Origin: Octopus sinensis
Lineage: Eukaryota
Length of the DNA: 64,000 nt
Direction of reading: 5' to 3'
Assembly (NCBI RefSeq): GCF_006345805.1
Contig: NC_042999.1
Span: 33,604,001 to 33,668,000, forward strand
In this document: one piece after another, positions 24,217 through 38,548 of the stretch
How the letters are laid out: each line of letters opens with the position of its first letter
Numbering within the stretch: position 1 is the first letter of the stretch
The notes under the pieces: generated by a model
The model's database searches: none
What the model saw: the letters and a program-made list of their open reading frames with translations, nothing else
Told to the model about the DNA's origin: nothing
Program-made: the position numbers and the translations under genes

Positions 24217-26759
24217 AATAGGATTGGATCTGAGTATACACTCAGTCACACTCATCATTTTAATAAATGTAATTTCGAATAAATATTAATAATAAGAAAA
24301 GAATATTTGCTCCAAATTATTCTCATGACAATCAGCAATAATGCCTAAGGTGAAGTTCAATGTAAACAAATGGAATTGAATATAGCATAGTGTTTTAGAG
24401 AATATATTAAAGATGTATCATGTGCATTAATGCAGATGTAATATAGTATTGCTGTATCAGTTTAAAACAAGTTACCCAATTTGGGCTAAGTTTTGTTTAT
24501 GAATTTCAAGAATATTTTATTCTGCATGTTTGTAAAGCATCTTCTGTCAATAATTTTTTTCACAGTGCTTCACCATTTTGGTTAACGTAACGCTGGCTGT
24601 ATTCTTTTGAATTTTAAATATCGATGAAAGTTCCGTAACAGCATAACATACTTAATTCTGAAAATCCTCCCTCTTGAATAAATAATTACATACGTCACAG
24701 TCCAGACGGTTGCATATTTTCATCCTAACATCCTGCGCTTTAGAAATACATTCCTGAAACCCAGTTTCAAAGGAAATCAAGGACGGTAAATGTTATGCAT
24801 AAATCGTTGATGAAATATGTCTGTGAAGGGCCCCAAATACATTTAAAATATTGACTCAGTTTTACTTTTAGAAAATGGATGTATGCCGACACCTGGCCTT
24901 TCCTGTTTTCGAAGTAACGCCGATACGATTTGAGGTTTAATGGTAAAGACGTCAGCAATATTTGTTATATGTTGAGATATATGTTATAGCACTATTTGAA
25001 TATTCCAGAAGCTGTTGAATGTCAAATTTTTTCCAATGTTTCAATTCATTTGTTGTTAGAATGTAAAGCATCTATATTTGGGAGCCCAAGAGAATCTTCT
25101 ACATTCGTTTCACAGTGTCTTATGAAATATTAAATGGAGTATCTTTCGAATGATCTGATACGTGTAGTAGGTATTGTCAGGTGTCAGTAAGTGTAAATGA
25201 CAAGACAATTCTTAATTTATTTATTGTTATTCCTTATATATTGTAGAACTGAAGTTTGCTATTACTTTAGTCCATAGTGCATGAGATATCAGTGCTAATA
25301 CCGTTTACAAACTTTTTAAACTTGTTCATTTGCGCGAACATTTCCATAGAGTATGACATTCATTCAAAATTCTCTTCTATTTTACTTTCAAATATCTAAA
25401 AAATATATTTCATAATGCAAATATTAGCCAAAATAAAATAATCTCATTTAATTGAAATAAGTGTATTAAGCCTGTATTTTGTATGGACAAGTCTTTCTAA
25501 TGTCTCCTGAAATCCCTTTATTTAAGTACAAACTTGTGATGGGTTCACTAAAAATGCATTTGCATTCGTTTTCATGCAGGCAAAATAGTTATTAAAAAAC
25601 AAAGCAAAACTTAGAGTTTTGATATATTTGCTTTGTAGAGTTATTAAAACTATATTTAAAAGAAACTGTTAGTGCCTTTTACATCAATGCATATATGTTT
25701 TTTAAATTATGATTTAATTCTCGTTATCGGAATAAGATGTAAATATTCTAGTTCTGTATACATTTCTTTGCTTTTTAATTTGAAAAAAAAAATCAACTTA
25801 AATAAATTACAAAAAATGATTTGATGATATTGTGAATACGGCGAGTATGGAATGAAACCAATATATTATTGAGTGTCTTAGGGAAAAACATTTATGTGTT
25901 GCTATGCATTAATATTTGAAATTATGGAGAGACATTAAAAGACATAACTTGAATGTTGATAAAAACGTTCAGCTTGCTTTCGATTCTTTACTTTTATATT
26001 TACTTAATGAAATATGGCCATGAAATTTTGTTTATCATGTGGCCCATTTAAATTTTTCAATGTATCGTGTCATTCAAATTTGCGAAAATGCAGCCGGAAA
26101 CGAAAAGAATATTTTAAGTATTTAGATGAAGAAAATCTGAAAGAACATTAGCAAATCCATACCAAATAATTCTTCCGCACTCAAAAGCTAAGGAATGTAC
26201 CTGATAATACGCACAGATCTGCTACTCTTCTATAATACTAAACAAAACATATACGCAAAAAAATCTCATGAACATTTACTTTTGGAACGATGTTTTGAAA
26301 ATTTGAATATAGCACACGGTATACTGAGAAGTTATATGTGCAAACTGCAATAAGTAAATATAAATGTAAAGAATTGGAAAGGGATTGAAACTATTCATCA
26401 ACTTAATGTAAAAGTGAAAAAAATCTGAAATTTACAAACGTTGTTTAACCAATTCCTATATATATTACAGAAAAAATCAATACAAATTATGGAGGTGAGA
26501 GAGCACAAACCACGAAATGACATCATATCAAAATGATAGAAAAGTGAAAGTGTCTTCTCGACTCACAGGAACAATTTTAAAATATATTTCTGAAACCCAG
26601 TTTCAAAGGAAATCAAAAATTGTAAATGTTATGCTTAAATCGTTGATGAAATATGTCTGCGAAGGGCTCAAAATATCAAAGATAAAGTCAAACCAAGCTA
26701 AATAGAATTTTTTAAAAGTCATAATTAGAAACCCTTATACACATTCATAAACCTGTAGA

Positions 26760-28000
26760 TATGAGAGGAGGTCGAAGCTTAGGAGAAACAACATCCAAAT
26801 TAAGGGGAACACAAGAAATTGTAGACGCAACTAAAATGATGGTTCTCAATATAGGAACACGTTCTAAAATCGAGTGCAGATGCAATTTTAGACGAAATCA
26901 AATTCATACTACAAGGACAAACTGTAAATGAATCAGATAGCATAAAAGTACAGAAGGACCACAAGAGCAATGTTATTAAAAACTTTATTAGGAATAAAGA
27001 AACTGACTCACACAAAAAACTAATTGATTTTATTTTTCTACTTACAACAAACTCCGAATTACAGAGATTCATGTCGAGTCCTTGTAATAAAACAAGCTAG
27101 CCAGACTATCACAGAGAAAGCAGCCATTACTGCTTTACAAAAGTTCCACTCAGTACAGTATTGAAATGTACACTTAAATCACCCTTAAAAATCTGTATAC
27201 TAACAATTAAAAATTATATTGCGAAAGTCTATAGACGTCACACAGCCATAGAAGTTTTTTTAACAAGGAAAGTGACGATGAACCTTTAGGGATATAGACA
27301 AGTAAAAACTCTGCCGTTTAAGTGTATTCTAAGAATGTCTCAAAATTTCCTCTTGAAACAACGGAAAAAGTTTTTAAATGACCACTGAAATCAAAGAAAA
27401 ACGATCACGGGTGACATTTAAAAAAGGACAAAATTATAGTTATAAAGAAGCTGATAATACAACTTTAAAATGGTGTGAGAATGAAATAGACCTTCTAATA
27501 AATTCATGCCAATGTCTTGCCCAAACGGAGATCATAGACACAATTTGTCGAAGCCTAATAGACAGACACAGAGTTCAACTCATAAGAAATCGCTCTGCGA
27601 AGCAGTTTCAAAACAAATTTAAGTGGCATTTAAATTAATTGACATTTTGAAAAACTCCAAAGTCTTTTCTCTTCAAATGCTGTTAAACAGCAAAAACTAT
27701 TACCGCCCCCACCTCAACAACACCGACCACCACCGCAGCAACTACAGCCACCACAGCAACAACAAAAATCAGCAACCATCACAGCAGGAACAACAATTGA
27801 CTCAGCCTTTATCTTTAACACCCCTTACTTCATCCACAGTTGGTGACCTACTTAATGAAACGATCAACTTTTCAGTTTCCAGCCGTTCACAACCCATTCA
27901 ACCTGAGTTTGTTACCCACCCATCAAATCCACAACAACAGCAACAATTATAGCTACAAGAATCACAACAATTACCACTACAACAACCACCACTAAAATAG
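26760..28000 (+). mobile_element. Putative 5'/ORF1 region of the downstream CR1-like LINE
   Basis: Purine-rich coding-like sequence with a Q/P-rich segment directly upstream of the endonuclease; no diagnostic motif recognised. Confidence 0.3.
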
Positions 28001-29200
28001 CAATAGGCATAGAGTTGGACCGCTAATTTCGTGCACGATACCTTTTTCAGCTGAAGCAATGGACGTATGTACGAATGGCTACTGTGAAGCAGATTCTGTG
28101 TACAATAAAACCAACAATTTAATAGTAGTTGGGCTCTATAGGCCACCCTAACGCCTTTGCTACGCTTCGAGGAAACCCTCAACAGTATAAAGTGTTTCAT
28201 CCATCAGTGTCATGCTGAAACCATATTAATTATGGAGGACTCAAACCTCCTAGGGTTTATTTATCCACAAACAATTTGAAGCCAGGTTTTTCCACTACTA
28301 ACCCTATAAGGAAGCAATCGAATTGCCGTTTGATTTCATGGATGACTTTTTCCTGATCCAACTTGTTCTCAAATCAACAAGGTCTCAGAAAAACCTCTTG
28401 AACCTAGCGTTCAATAACCGCATTGACACTATCCTCAATAATGCAGAGGAAAAGAACACCACTACTCTCAGACCATGACATGGTTCTTTGTGATCTGAGA
28501 TTCTACTATCTGAAGATTAAACCCAATGATATCTTTCCAGCTCATCCATTTGAGACTATGGATCTTCATAACCAAGAATGCTAAGCGATCAATCATGATC
28601 TTTCACAAGTTGACTGGGCCTTCAGGCACGCAAAAACTCCCAACAGCATAAAAGCATCATGGCAGACATTTGTAGATACAGTAACAAATATATGCGCAAT
28701 ACACACACCATTAAGATCAGTAAACAAATCTAAGCACACATTCCCTAGAAATAGAAGAGCAATTATCAGAAAAATAAAAAGAATTAACAATAAAAATAAA
28801 ATTAACCAACTTGAATTTTGCCAGCAGCAACGCATCCATTCGACTGCCATTGAATCACACGAATAGAAAAAAACACAACCTCCAAAAAGCATGACGGCCA
28901 TCATTAACAAACAAAGAGCAGCTAAGGAGAATTGGACCATTGAGAAAATAAAATCCAAACCCAAGCTGTTCTTTCAATTTGCAAAAAAAAAAAACAGTCG
29001 CCGTTTCCACTGTTGGTCCTCTGGTTAATAAGAAAAACATTCTACATGACGATGCAAAATCCATGTGCGAGATACTGCACAAACAATACTGTTCTGTTGT
29101 CAGTAACGCTAAATCGGTTGATCTGCCTAATATCAGTGACGTAAACCCTCAGCTAATGATATCTGACATAACATTTGGTGCCCCTGATAAAATCTCGAAA
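28000..29200 (+). mobile_element. CR1-like LINE, APE endonuclease plus pre-RT linker
   Basis: LIVVGLYRPP, FMDDFFLIQ...TRSQKNLLNL, LSDHDMVLCDL, IEKIKSKPKLFFQFAKK, VGPL, MCEILHKQYCSV; stops just before the RT domain. Confidence 0.85.
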
Positions 29201-30148
29201 AAATCCTGGACCAATCTCTTAGACCCGTACCTGTCCCCGACAATAATAACTCTTTGCTAGAGTGGCCGACGGTACCCCATATATGACTAGAAACTGCACC
29301 AGGTGGTGCTATTACGTTAGACATAGCCTAAACCTATACTGGCCGAAACCTATCACAGTTAATACATGCATTTAAAACATGCGTACATAGTGTGAACATA
29401 TGAGTGTGTCTGCATACATTTACTGAGATAATCTTTGATAGGTTTCGAACAAAATTAAACCCACATCATATCCGACGTAATCCATTCATATCTATATGTT
29501 TGTGTGCGTGTGTGTGAGTGTGTGTTTGTCACCATCTATCTGGCCATTTTCTCATATTCAGTTCTCAAATAATGAAGCACCCTGCATTATTGTTGGTAAG
29601 TATACGAAGTATACGAAATAAAATTTTAAAACCTAATCCCACAAATTGGACAAAACGTCACACACCAGTTATACTTCCGGGACAAATAACTATAAAAAAA
29701 AGACATTTCTCGTTCGGGAGAGATTAAGGAGACACTTGATAGCATTAGTATTTCTTGAACACGAGAAGAGCGACGGAATCTTCAATACAATTCATATAAA
29801 TGTATCAAAATCTACAGTGTAGAAACCTGGAAAGTATTTTGGAGATATGAATGATATAATCATTGCAACGCAATTTGTAATTACTTCATAATGGCAGACT
29901 AGAACAGAAAAAAATGGAGCAAGGATATATATTTTTCACAATTTTACCTTCAAATCTAATGTCCGTTTTCTGAATGTGATTATTTAATAAAATTAGTTTA
30001 TTCGATGTATAAAGTGAAATTATTCCGGCACAGTATGTCGCCATAAAAGTAATTAAATTTCAAGGTAAGGCCTTGATATTAACCACGACATATTATTCTG
30101 TTCAATAGCCATTGTTACAGACATATGTGTGTCTAAATAGGCGAACCT

Positions 30149-30216
<68 letters not shown>

Positions 30217-30237
30217 ATATCTCTAAACCAATATATA

Positions 30238-30275
<38 letters not shown>

Positions 30276-30546
30276 ATATCGCTTTAAAACCGGTATTATT
30301 TTACGATGTAAGTATATACTGCTTTTAAGTAATAATTCGAATGCTTTTATTTTTCATTGCATTCGGTGTATTAAGAGAGATTGTATGTATCTCTGTGTGT
30401 GTATTTGTGTGCTCGCAGGCGCGAGTGTGTATGTGGCGGAATATGTATGCCGAGACTGTGCTCGGTTTCTTCATATGAATTCGTTATTTTTTAAATTACG
30501 TATTTTATATTATTGCAAATACGAGGTGTACACCCACGCGCGCACG

Positions 30547-30588
<42 letters not shown>

Positions 30589-30619
30589 ACACACAGAGGT
30601 GTATATATTGGGTCATTCT

Positions 30620-31490
30620 ATACATAATGCGATGTTTTCTATTGCATGAAGTCGGAGTGAGCCGAGACAAACTACCTGCATCAGCTTGCTATAAAAACAG
30701 GTAGTGATTTTACCTTGTCCTAATTCTTAGTGCAAATTTTGAAGAATGTAGTTCGATTTTAACAGTTTTTTTTCGAAGTTATAACGGAAGTGACAAAAGA
30801 GCATATTTGGCACATTTTGCTTTATGAGTTCAATAAAAGCAACAACACAACGACATGGTTGAGGATCGGACAATTTGCGTAAGCCAGTGTTAATGATAGT
30901 TACAGAAATTCTGAGCCGGGAAATAAGACGAGTCTCATACTGGAAAATCAGGATAGCTCCACGAGAACATCCTGAAAACACTGGTCGACCAAAATCCCAT
31001 TGTAACTGTTGGGGAACTAGCAGAGAAGATTAGATTTGGTCATTCCTCCATTAATGGACATTTACATGCCATGGGAAACGTCTGTAAATTGGGTCAATGA
31101 CATCCTCACAAACCTTCCGAGTTTAATCACGCGCAGAGTGAATGTGCACTCTTCTTTGCTATCATGTCTCGCGAATGAACCTTGTTTGTACCGAATGATG
31201 ACTCGTGACGAGAAAAAAGGTTCTCTATAAAAATGTCAAGCGCCGACGACAATGGATATGGGAAGGAGATACATCGGCACCCCAGGCTAGAGAAGGTCTT
31301 CACTCACGTAAGGTGTTGTTATTTGTTTGGTGGGATATGAAAGTTTTAGTCCTCCTCAAACTTTTAAACCCCAACCAAACGATAACAAATGATAATGACT
31401 GCGAGCAGTTTGAGCGGCTTAAGTCTGTGCAAGAAGAAAAACGACCATCTTTGGGTTCAAGACGAAAGATGTTCTTCCATCATTATGGAA
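30620..31490 (+). mobile_element. Mos1-like mariner relic, 3'-truncated
   Basis: EVTKEHIWHILLYEF, LVDQNPIVTVGELAEK, MMTRDEKKVLYKNVKRRRQW, GLHSRKVLLFVWWD; ends at a (CT)n/(TA)n tract. Confidence 0.9.
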
Positions 31491-31517
31491 TGACCCTATC
31501 TCTCTCTCTCTCTCTAT

Positions 31518-31560
<43 letters not shown>

Positions 31561-31584
31561 GTGTGTGTGTGTGTGTGTGTATCT

Positions 31585-32350
31585 ACTACTGGTTTCAGCC
31601 CAGGGCTGAGGACACGCTGGTGTACCGCTTGTAGTTCATCGGTGTTGTTCCCGATATCGTTTTTGGTGAAATAGCGATTTGAATAGAGTTGCGCGTCTTT
31701 GCGTCTCCTGCCGCGATGTGGTTCATCCGGTATCTCAGATCGAAACCTGTCCGGACTTTTCTTGAAAACTCGAACATCAAAACCATGTAGATCTTTAAGA
31801 TTGCTTGTAGTGATGTTGAACAATTGCAGGCCCTTGGAATCCAGACTATTGCACTAATGTTTCCTTATTTTAGATGGGGAAGACGGGATCTTTGCTATGA
31901 TGCAGTGATGTCCAGTTCGAGGATTGACATTGCTGTTCCAAAATGAGGAGCTAAACTCTCCAAGACTTTCCAAGTATATATCACCGTATATCTCTCTCAT
32001 CTTCTCTCCAAGGAATAGAGACTCAGCTCCTTTAGGCTCCTCCAGGTGCTCATCTTTTTCATCGAGTCAATCTTCTCTGTGTGCTGGAGTTGGATGGTTT
32101 CGAGTCCTACAGCTTGTTTTACACTCTCTGGGGACCATAGTTGGGAGCAGTAGTCCAAGCGGCTGAGAAGGAAAGGGGTTTGGTTTTGGGTTTTATTTTC
32201 CATAGGAATAGGAATAGCAGGGCTTCCATTTTTCTGGTTCTTCATGTCCTCGGAATCCAGCCAGCCACTCGCCTGCACAGTGTTGCTATCTTGGTAATAT
32301 TCACCTGGAATGTTGCATCATTGCTAATGAGAACCCCCAGGTCAGGCACC
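31585..32350 (-). mobile_element. CR1-like LINE 3' fragment
   Basis: PDLGVLISND, LSRLDYCSQLWSP, LKELSLYSLERR, LFNITTSNLKDLHGFDVRVFKKSPDRFRSEIPDEP. Confidence 0.9.
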
Positions 32351-32482
32351 GACTCGTATATGTTTGATACATTTTTTAAATTTAAAAATATTCATGTCTT
32401 CTGACACTTATTACGCATGCTAACCACTGGTAAACAATTATTTTATAATTTTTACCCTTATATATATTAAATTATATTTACG

Positions 32483-32571
<89 letters not shown>

Positions 32572-32628
32572 ATATGTAATGTATATATGCATAGTATATG
32601 CATATGTATATATATATATATATATATA

Positions 32629-32641
32629 TGTGAATTAAATG

Positions 32642-32687
<46 letters not shown>

Positions 32688-32700
32688 CATTTAATTCACA
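32629..32700. repeat. Perfect 72-bp palindrome centred on (TA)n
   Basis: tgtgaattaaatgtatgta-(TA)n-tacatacatttaattcaca. Confidence 0.9.
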
Positions 32701-33212
32701 AGTTTTTCATTGTCACTTTCTTATTTGTTGTATGTTTTGTTATCGTATTTATCTCCTTAATGATTATCAAATGTTTACATGATATCAATAATGCTGTCTC
32801 CCTTAACAATGTTGTGTTTTTCAAGATATAGCAGCAGCTTCCTCTGGTGCATTAAAAGCTTCATAGAAATTTACTGATGTTTTCTATAATTATATTCTGA
32901 ATTTTAAAAAAAAATTCTTGTATACTATTTGTATTGCTCTTCCGTCGTATAGAAAGCACACTGATTTATTATTCTCTTCACTATATGACTTTTTAAAATT
33001 CGTATCTTACTTATTGGCTTGTATATTAAATGTTATTAGATCTTCTTAGAATATATTGAAATGCTTGAAGCCATGAACAGTACATTTATTTTACTTTTAG
33101 TTGAAATTTTACAAGTATCATACATTAAAATGTGTTTACATTTTAATTCCATTGCAAGTTAGATCGATTTTGCAAGAGTATTTATCTCATATTTTTCTCA
33201 ATCATTATACTT

Positions 33213-33566
33213 GCGACCACACTAGGGGTACAGCCTCAGAGAATTTTAGCCGAATGAATTTATCCCAGTAACTGTCTTTTTAACTATGGTACTTATTCTA
33301 TCGGTTTCTTTTGCTGAACCGCTAAGATAGGAGGACGTAAAAACATCAGCATTGATTATCAAGAGGTGGTGCGGTACAAACACAGATACAAAGACGCGTA
33401 TATATGCATGTCCGTCGGGTGTCATTGAGTTTCCGTCGACCAAATCCACACTTGTCGACCCGAGGCTATAGAAGAAAACACTTGCCCAAGGTGCCAAGGA
33501 GTGGAACTGATACCGGAAACATGTGGTTTGGAAGCAAACTGCTTACAACCTGCCGCACTTGCGCTT
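33213..33566 (-). mobile_element. SINE family B, diverged, short internal microsatellite
   Basis: gtacttattctatcggtttc...acacttgcccaaggtgcc...atgtggtttggaagcaaactgctt. Confidence 0.8.
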
Positions 33567-35584
33567 ATAGATAAATAAATAAAAGGAAAATTTAAGATAA
33601 ATAATGGAATGGAAATAAACGTTCTTCAGGTTCTTATATTAGTTAGTGAAAAAAATTATATATCTCGATAATCCATTGTGATGAATTCTAGTTTAATAGG
33701 TTTTCTATATCCTAAAAACTCCTATATATACCTAATTCAACATAACCCCACAATTACTAACTTGCGACATTTCTCATAGACGTATCATGCAATCTTAATT
33801 ATTTAGTCGTCATAAAATTCGTGTAAAAATCCTTACATGTTGTTCATAAGATAATAAATAGTCGAATATATATTTATTCAGAAAACATTTATATTTGATG
33901 CGAGGTATGTATAGATAGTGCGCTAATATTTTGTTATAAATATTATTTCTAAATTTAAAAAGAAGAAATGTCTGAAACAGCGTTTTTTTTTATATCTGTG
34001 TGCAATTAATTTTATTTAGAAGACCAGAAGGGAATACAAAATAGTTACTCAGTTCACGACATTATAGCTTTTAAATATATTCAGTGTTTTGTCATTTGTA
34101 TATTTGTGTAATTTTGTACAAACATTCTTCTGTAATTATTGTTTATCATACGTGTGTGGATGTGTGAGTGCGCGTGTGCGTGTGTCTGTGTCTGCGTGTA
34201 TGTATATGCTAAATATATCAGATCTGGAATTAAGCAGAATCATGAATCTAAGAAGAATATGAAATTTTTCTGTTACGCATGAGCTGTATTCCTTAGACCC
34301 ATTAACATATGACTTGGGGTGCTCCACGATCTTCCACATGATTTTAAATGGTGTGGAGCTGCTCCTCAAACTCCATATGAGCCCGAAAAAAGATAGGTGG
34401 CTTGCATAAGTTTTTGTTTTTTAAATCACCTTCACATAACAGAATGTAACTCTTCCTTCTAATCGATTTATCTTGAAGCGTTGATATTACTGCTGCCTCG
34501 TATATGACGGAGTGTTTTATTTCTTCTTATTTTCTAACTGTCAAGCATCCTTGTTTTTACGATACATGTAACGCATAAACAGACTTGCCTAGAGTGACAA
34601 GGCGTATTTTATAAAAAAGCCTAGTTAAAGAATCGCAAGGCATAAAATTACTAGTAGCTCTTTTGGTTGTGTATCAAATAGATATTTATAGCTTACTGGA
34701 TGTTATATATTTTTTGTACGCTTCTATCTATACTGGGTACCTACACATATGTGTGCGTGTGTGTGCTTGTGTGTGTAAACATATATACACACATATATAT
34801 ATGTGTGTATGTGTGTGTATGTATGTATATACGTATGTATGTATATACATACAAACAAACAAACACGCACGCACATATATATATATATATTCACAATTTA
34901 AATGAGGAACAGAGAAATGGTAAAATGAAATTGAACTTACAATTGCTTCCGTAGAACGACAGGTATTATTATTATTCCATATTGCATGCAGTGCTAGGCA
35001 ATTGATGCAACGTTATGTAATACAAAACGTAACATATGGAAATACGTAATAATGCTATCGTCTGTTCATTTCCTCAGATCTCAAGAATTGAAGGCACCAT
35101 CGTCCAAATAAATCTCGGCTGAGATTTACTAGTTCAGTTGTAACTTCAAATCATGACATTTGAGGAAATTAATAGACAATAGACTTATTACATATTTACA
35201 TATATTACGTCTTGTATTACAAAACGTTGTATGAATTGATTTATACTTTATGAGACATGGAATAAAACATTGCAATTTACGGAGTAGATTGCAATATCAA
35301 TATGATTTATCCTCCCGTCAATTAAAATATTACTTTTACTATACAATTCGCGGATCCTATTTTAATCCTACACTCTCTTACCATGGAGTTGTGTAAATAC
35401 TCACAATTATTTCAATCGATGTCTTACGGATTTCCATTTGAGTTTGGTATACTACTCTCGCGCGGATTCGAAAGGATGTCCTAGTAAGGTAAGTGCTAAG
35501 ATTTTATTCATCCCTCAACGTATATAAGTATGTATGTATGTGTGTGTGTATGTATGTATGTATGAATATATGTATGTACGTATA

Positions 35585-36787
35585 CATGTGCGGTAGCTTA
35601 ATTGTCGTCATATTATAGTGCATTGTTTCTTTTGATTTTTCGACTACAGAATAGTAGGATCAGTTGGGCCCCATCCGTGCGAACAACAACACCATGATTC
35701 TGCCAGGAATTTGGAAAGAGCATGATGTACTACTTGGCCATCGCGCTGTAATGTCCAATACGAACATTTCAGAGTGTTTGTGTGTCAACCTGAGGAGAGT
35801 GCAGAGGATTCTGAAAGAGTTGGATGAGTCTAATGGTGATTACGAAGGCACGGCAGCTCGGTAAACTCACTGTGGTCGTTCTGATGAGAAAAGAATTCCA
35901 GAATTTGTTGGTGAGATCCAGGCCATGGTTCACAACGACACCTCCGAGTCAATCAGGTTCATCACCAGGGACATGGGAGCTTCTGAGTTTCTTATCAGAC
36001 AGGCACTTCATCAAGAAATTCGGTATTTCTCATACAAAATGACAGAGGGCCAATTTTTATCGCAAGCCATCAAGGGCAAGAGGAAAGTCTTCGCTATGAA
36101 GCTTTTCAACAAACTCAAGCATCCCCTCCAACCGAACATGCTTTCGTTTTACTCAGACGAAAAATATTCTACCAGCATCGGATGGTGAACACACATAAAA
36201 TCATTGTTTGGAGTGATCACCAGTGATGGCGACGTTATGCCTCCCTTCATCTTCCCACACAGCCTCAGACTCAACAAGAAGGCCTACATCAAGTACCTGG
36301 AAGAGGTAGTGCCGCCCTGATTCAAGAGGTTGTCTCCTGCAATACTCTATTTCTGGCAACAGGACTCTGCACCATGCCACACGAGCAGAAGAAAGCAGTC
36401 AAAGCTGTCAGTTAATTTCTGCGACTATACCGCCCCTAACATCTGGCCACCTAATTCTCCAGAACTTAACCCCCTTGAGTGTTATGTGTGGTGCACAACT
36501 GAACGAGCAACTACAAAAGTTCTTTGTAACACCAAAGATAAATTAAAGGCAAGTATTATGGCAGCATTCACCAACTCAAGCAAGGCGACCTTCTAGAAGT
36601 GTTGCAGGAGATTCTGAAGTCGTCTGAAGACCGTGGTTAGAGCCAATGCCTATTTTACTGAATAAATTTACTGTCTAGTATTTCGGTATAGCTTTATGTA
36701 ATTTTGGCAAATATATCCAATAAAATAAGATGCCAGTGTTATTTTCCTTTTTGCGCAGTTCATACGACATTTTATTCACCCACCCTA
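35585..36787 (+). mobile_element. maT/DD37D-type Tc1/mariner, near full length, internally deleted
   Basis: FYSDEK, FGVITSDGDVMPPFIF, WQQDSAPCH then 37 residues then WPPNSPELNPLE; degenerate TIRs 35585-35611 and 36761-36787 flanked by TA. Confidence 0.9.
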
Positions 36788-37491
36788 TATCAGTTGACTG
36801 TATAGACTTCATGCGTATCGGATAAGTTAGATAATAAAACATCTTAATATCGTCTAATGAGAGCAAATATTTACTATGATCCCGCTGCTAGATTTGTGGG
36901 CAGAATTAAAAAAGCGGTATATCGACAGACAGGCCAGATATTAGCATAGAATAAAGTGATGGTGAGTGATGAATGAGGGTAGTGACCTCGTTATCTACAC
37001 ATCGAAGACAATAGGAAGAACGTAGTTCTCGAAACTTCTAAATTTATTTGTTTGAGGAATTATAAATGAATTAGTATCATGACAGACCGTTCGACTATCT
37101 AAGAAAATGGAACTTTATATCCGGCTATATTAACACCAAGAAGTAGGTCATTGGGTGGTAAACGAGAATGTCTGATGGGTGAGTGGTGACAATAGAAAGA
37201 AAGGATATAAATTGAAGGAATAAATTTTAACCTTAATTTACTTATATCGTTAAAGAAAAAGGTAAATATGTAGACATATAAAGGCAATAATATATAATTT
37301 GATATATGATAATATATAGGTTGCAGTAAATAACAAATTTTATAATAAAGTTAAAATTATAAATTGCCACCAAAATATTTATGCTATGAAAATTTTTTAA
37401 AAATAAAGAAATAACAATTATACATAAAAATGTAACAAAATATAAATACAAAATATTATAATACAAAAAATATTTTTATAATATTCAACGG

Positions 37492-37533
<42 letters not shown>

Positions 37534-38548
37534 CTGTGTGTGTGTATAAAAAGTATAATGTACAAGAAATATAATTTTATTATATTTGGTTCACAGTACA
37601 CAGTGAGATATATAAAAAAAATTTAGAACTGTCAAAGTATTATTAAAACATACAAAAATTATGAAAAATATGTGAAAATATACATATAAAAAAACATTAA
37701 GATAAGATATAAGGATATAAGATGTATAAAATATACGAGAAAATAGGAGAAAAATATCTGAGAGAAGAATTATATATAATAAAAGCTATGATAAAACATT
37801 TTAAAAAAGATATACGAAAAAAGTTCTGTTTTTAAAAACAATTACAAAAGTAAGGTTATAAAAGATGTTATACTAAGATATATAAAAAGTCGGTCATCTG
37901 ACGTGAGCAGTTTTCTCTGTTTTGATGAGACAATTTCATTCATCATTTAAAGGAGTCGCTCGGAACAGCCGTAATGAATTGACAGTTATACATCTTTGCT
38001 ACTCATTGATATTTTACTCACCTACCTTGGAATTTGCACTTCGGAAGCATTAGGAAACTGTCCTTGAATAATGTATATATATAAACAAACAAGAGCGGAT
38101 TTATTCACTAAGTTGGATCGTGTCATCTACATGCACTGCATGAATATCGGGTGGAAAGAAATATTATGTAGAGTTTGATACTCAATATTATTTGTGAGCG
38201 CAAATGCGTTCGTCCTAACGAGGTGCCTCAATTAAGTACGTAATTCAACTGAATCTTATAACTAGAAATGTCACTGATGAAAGTAGCCATAACTTTCTTA
38301 GGCCGTTCAATTTTCCTTAGATGATCAATAGACGAATTCATTAAACTTATTATTAATGTACCTATAATGAATATTGAAGGCAAGTCATAGATAAAACATA
38401 GGGGTGGTTCCCGGTTCCCTAAAAAAAACAGAAGTACAGTTTAAAGATTTAGAACAGCTATCTAGGCCGCAATATTTACTCATGAACTGTGTTTAATAGC
38501 TTAGCAAATCGAGTTGATTTTACTTTTCCCTTCTTATCGTTATTTAAT

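Noticed and set aside
34305-34385. Pre-miRNA-like hairpin
   Set aside because: Three short helices with a 25-nt loop; plausible by chance.
35380-35494. Strong AAG|GTAAGT donor with an upstream short ORF
   Set aside because: The ORF stops before the donor and no good acceptor was found.
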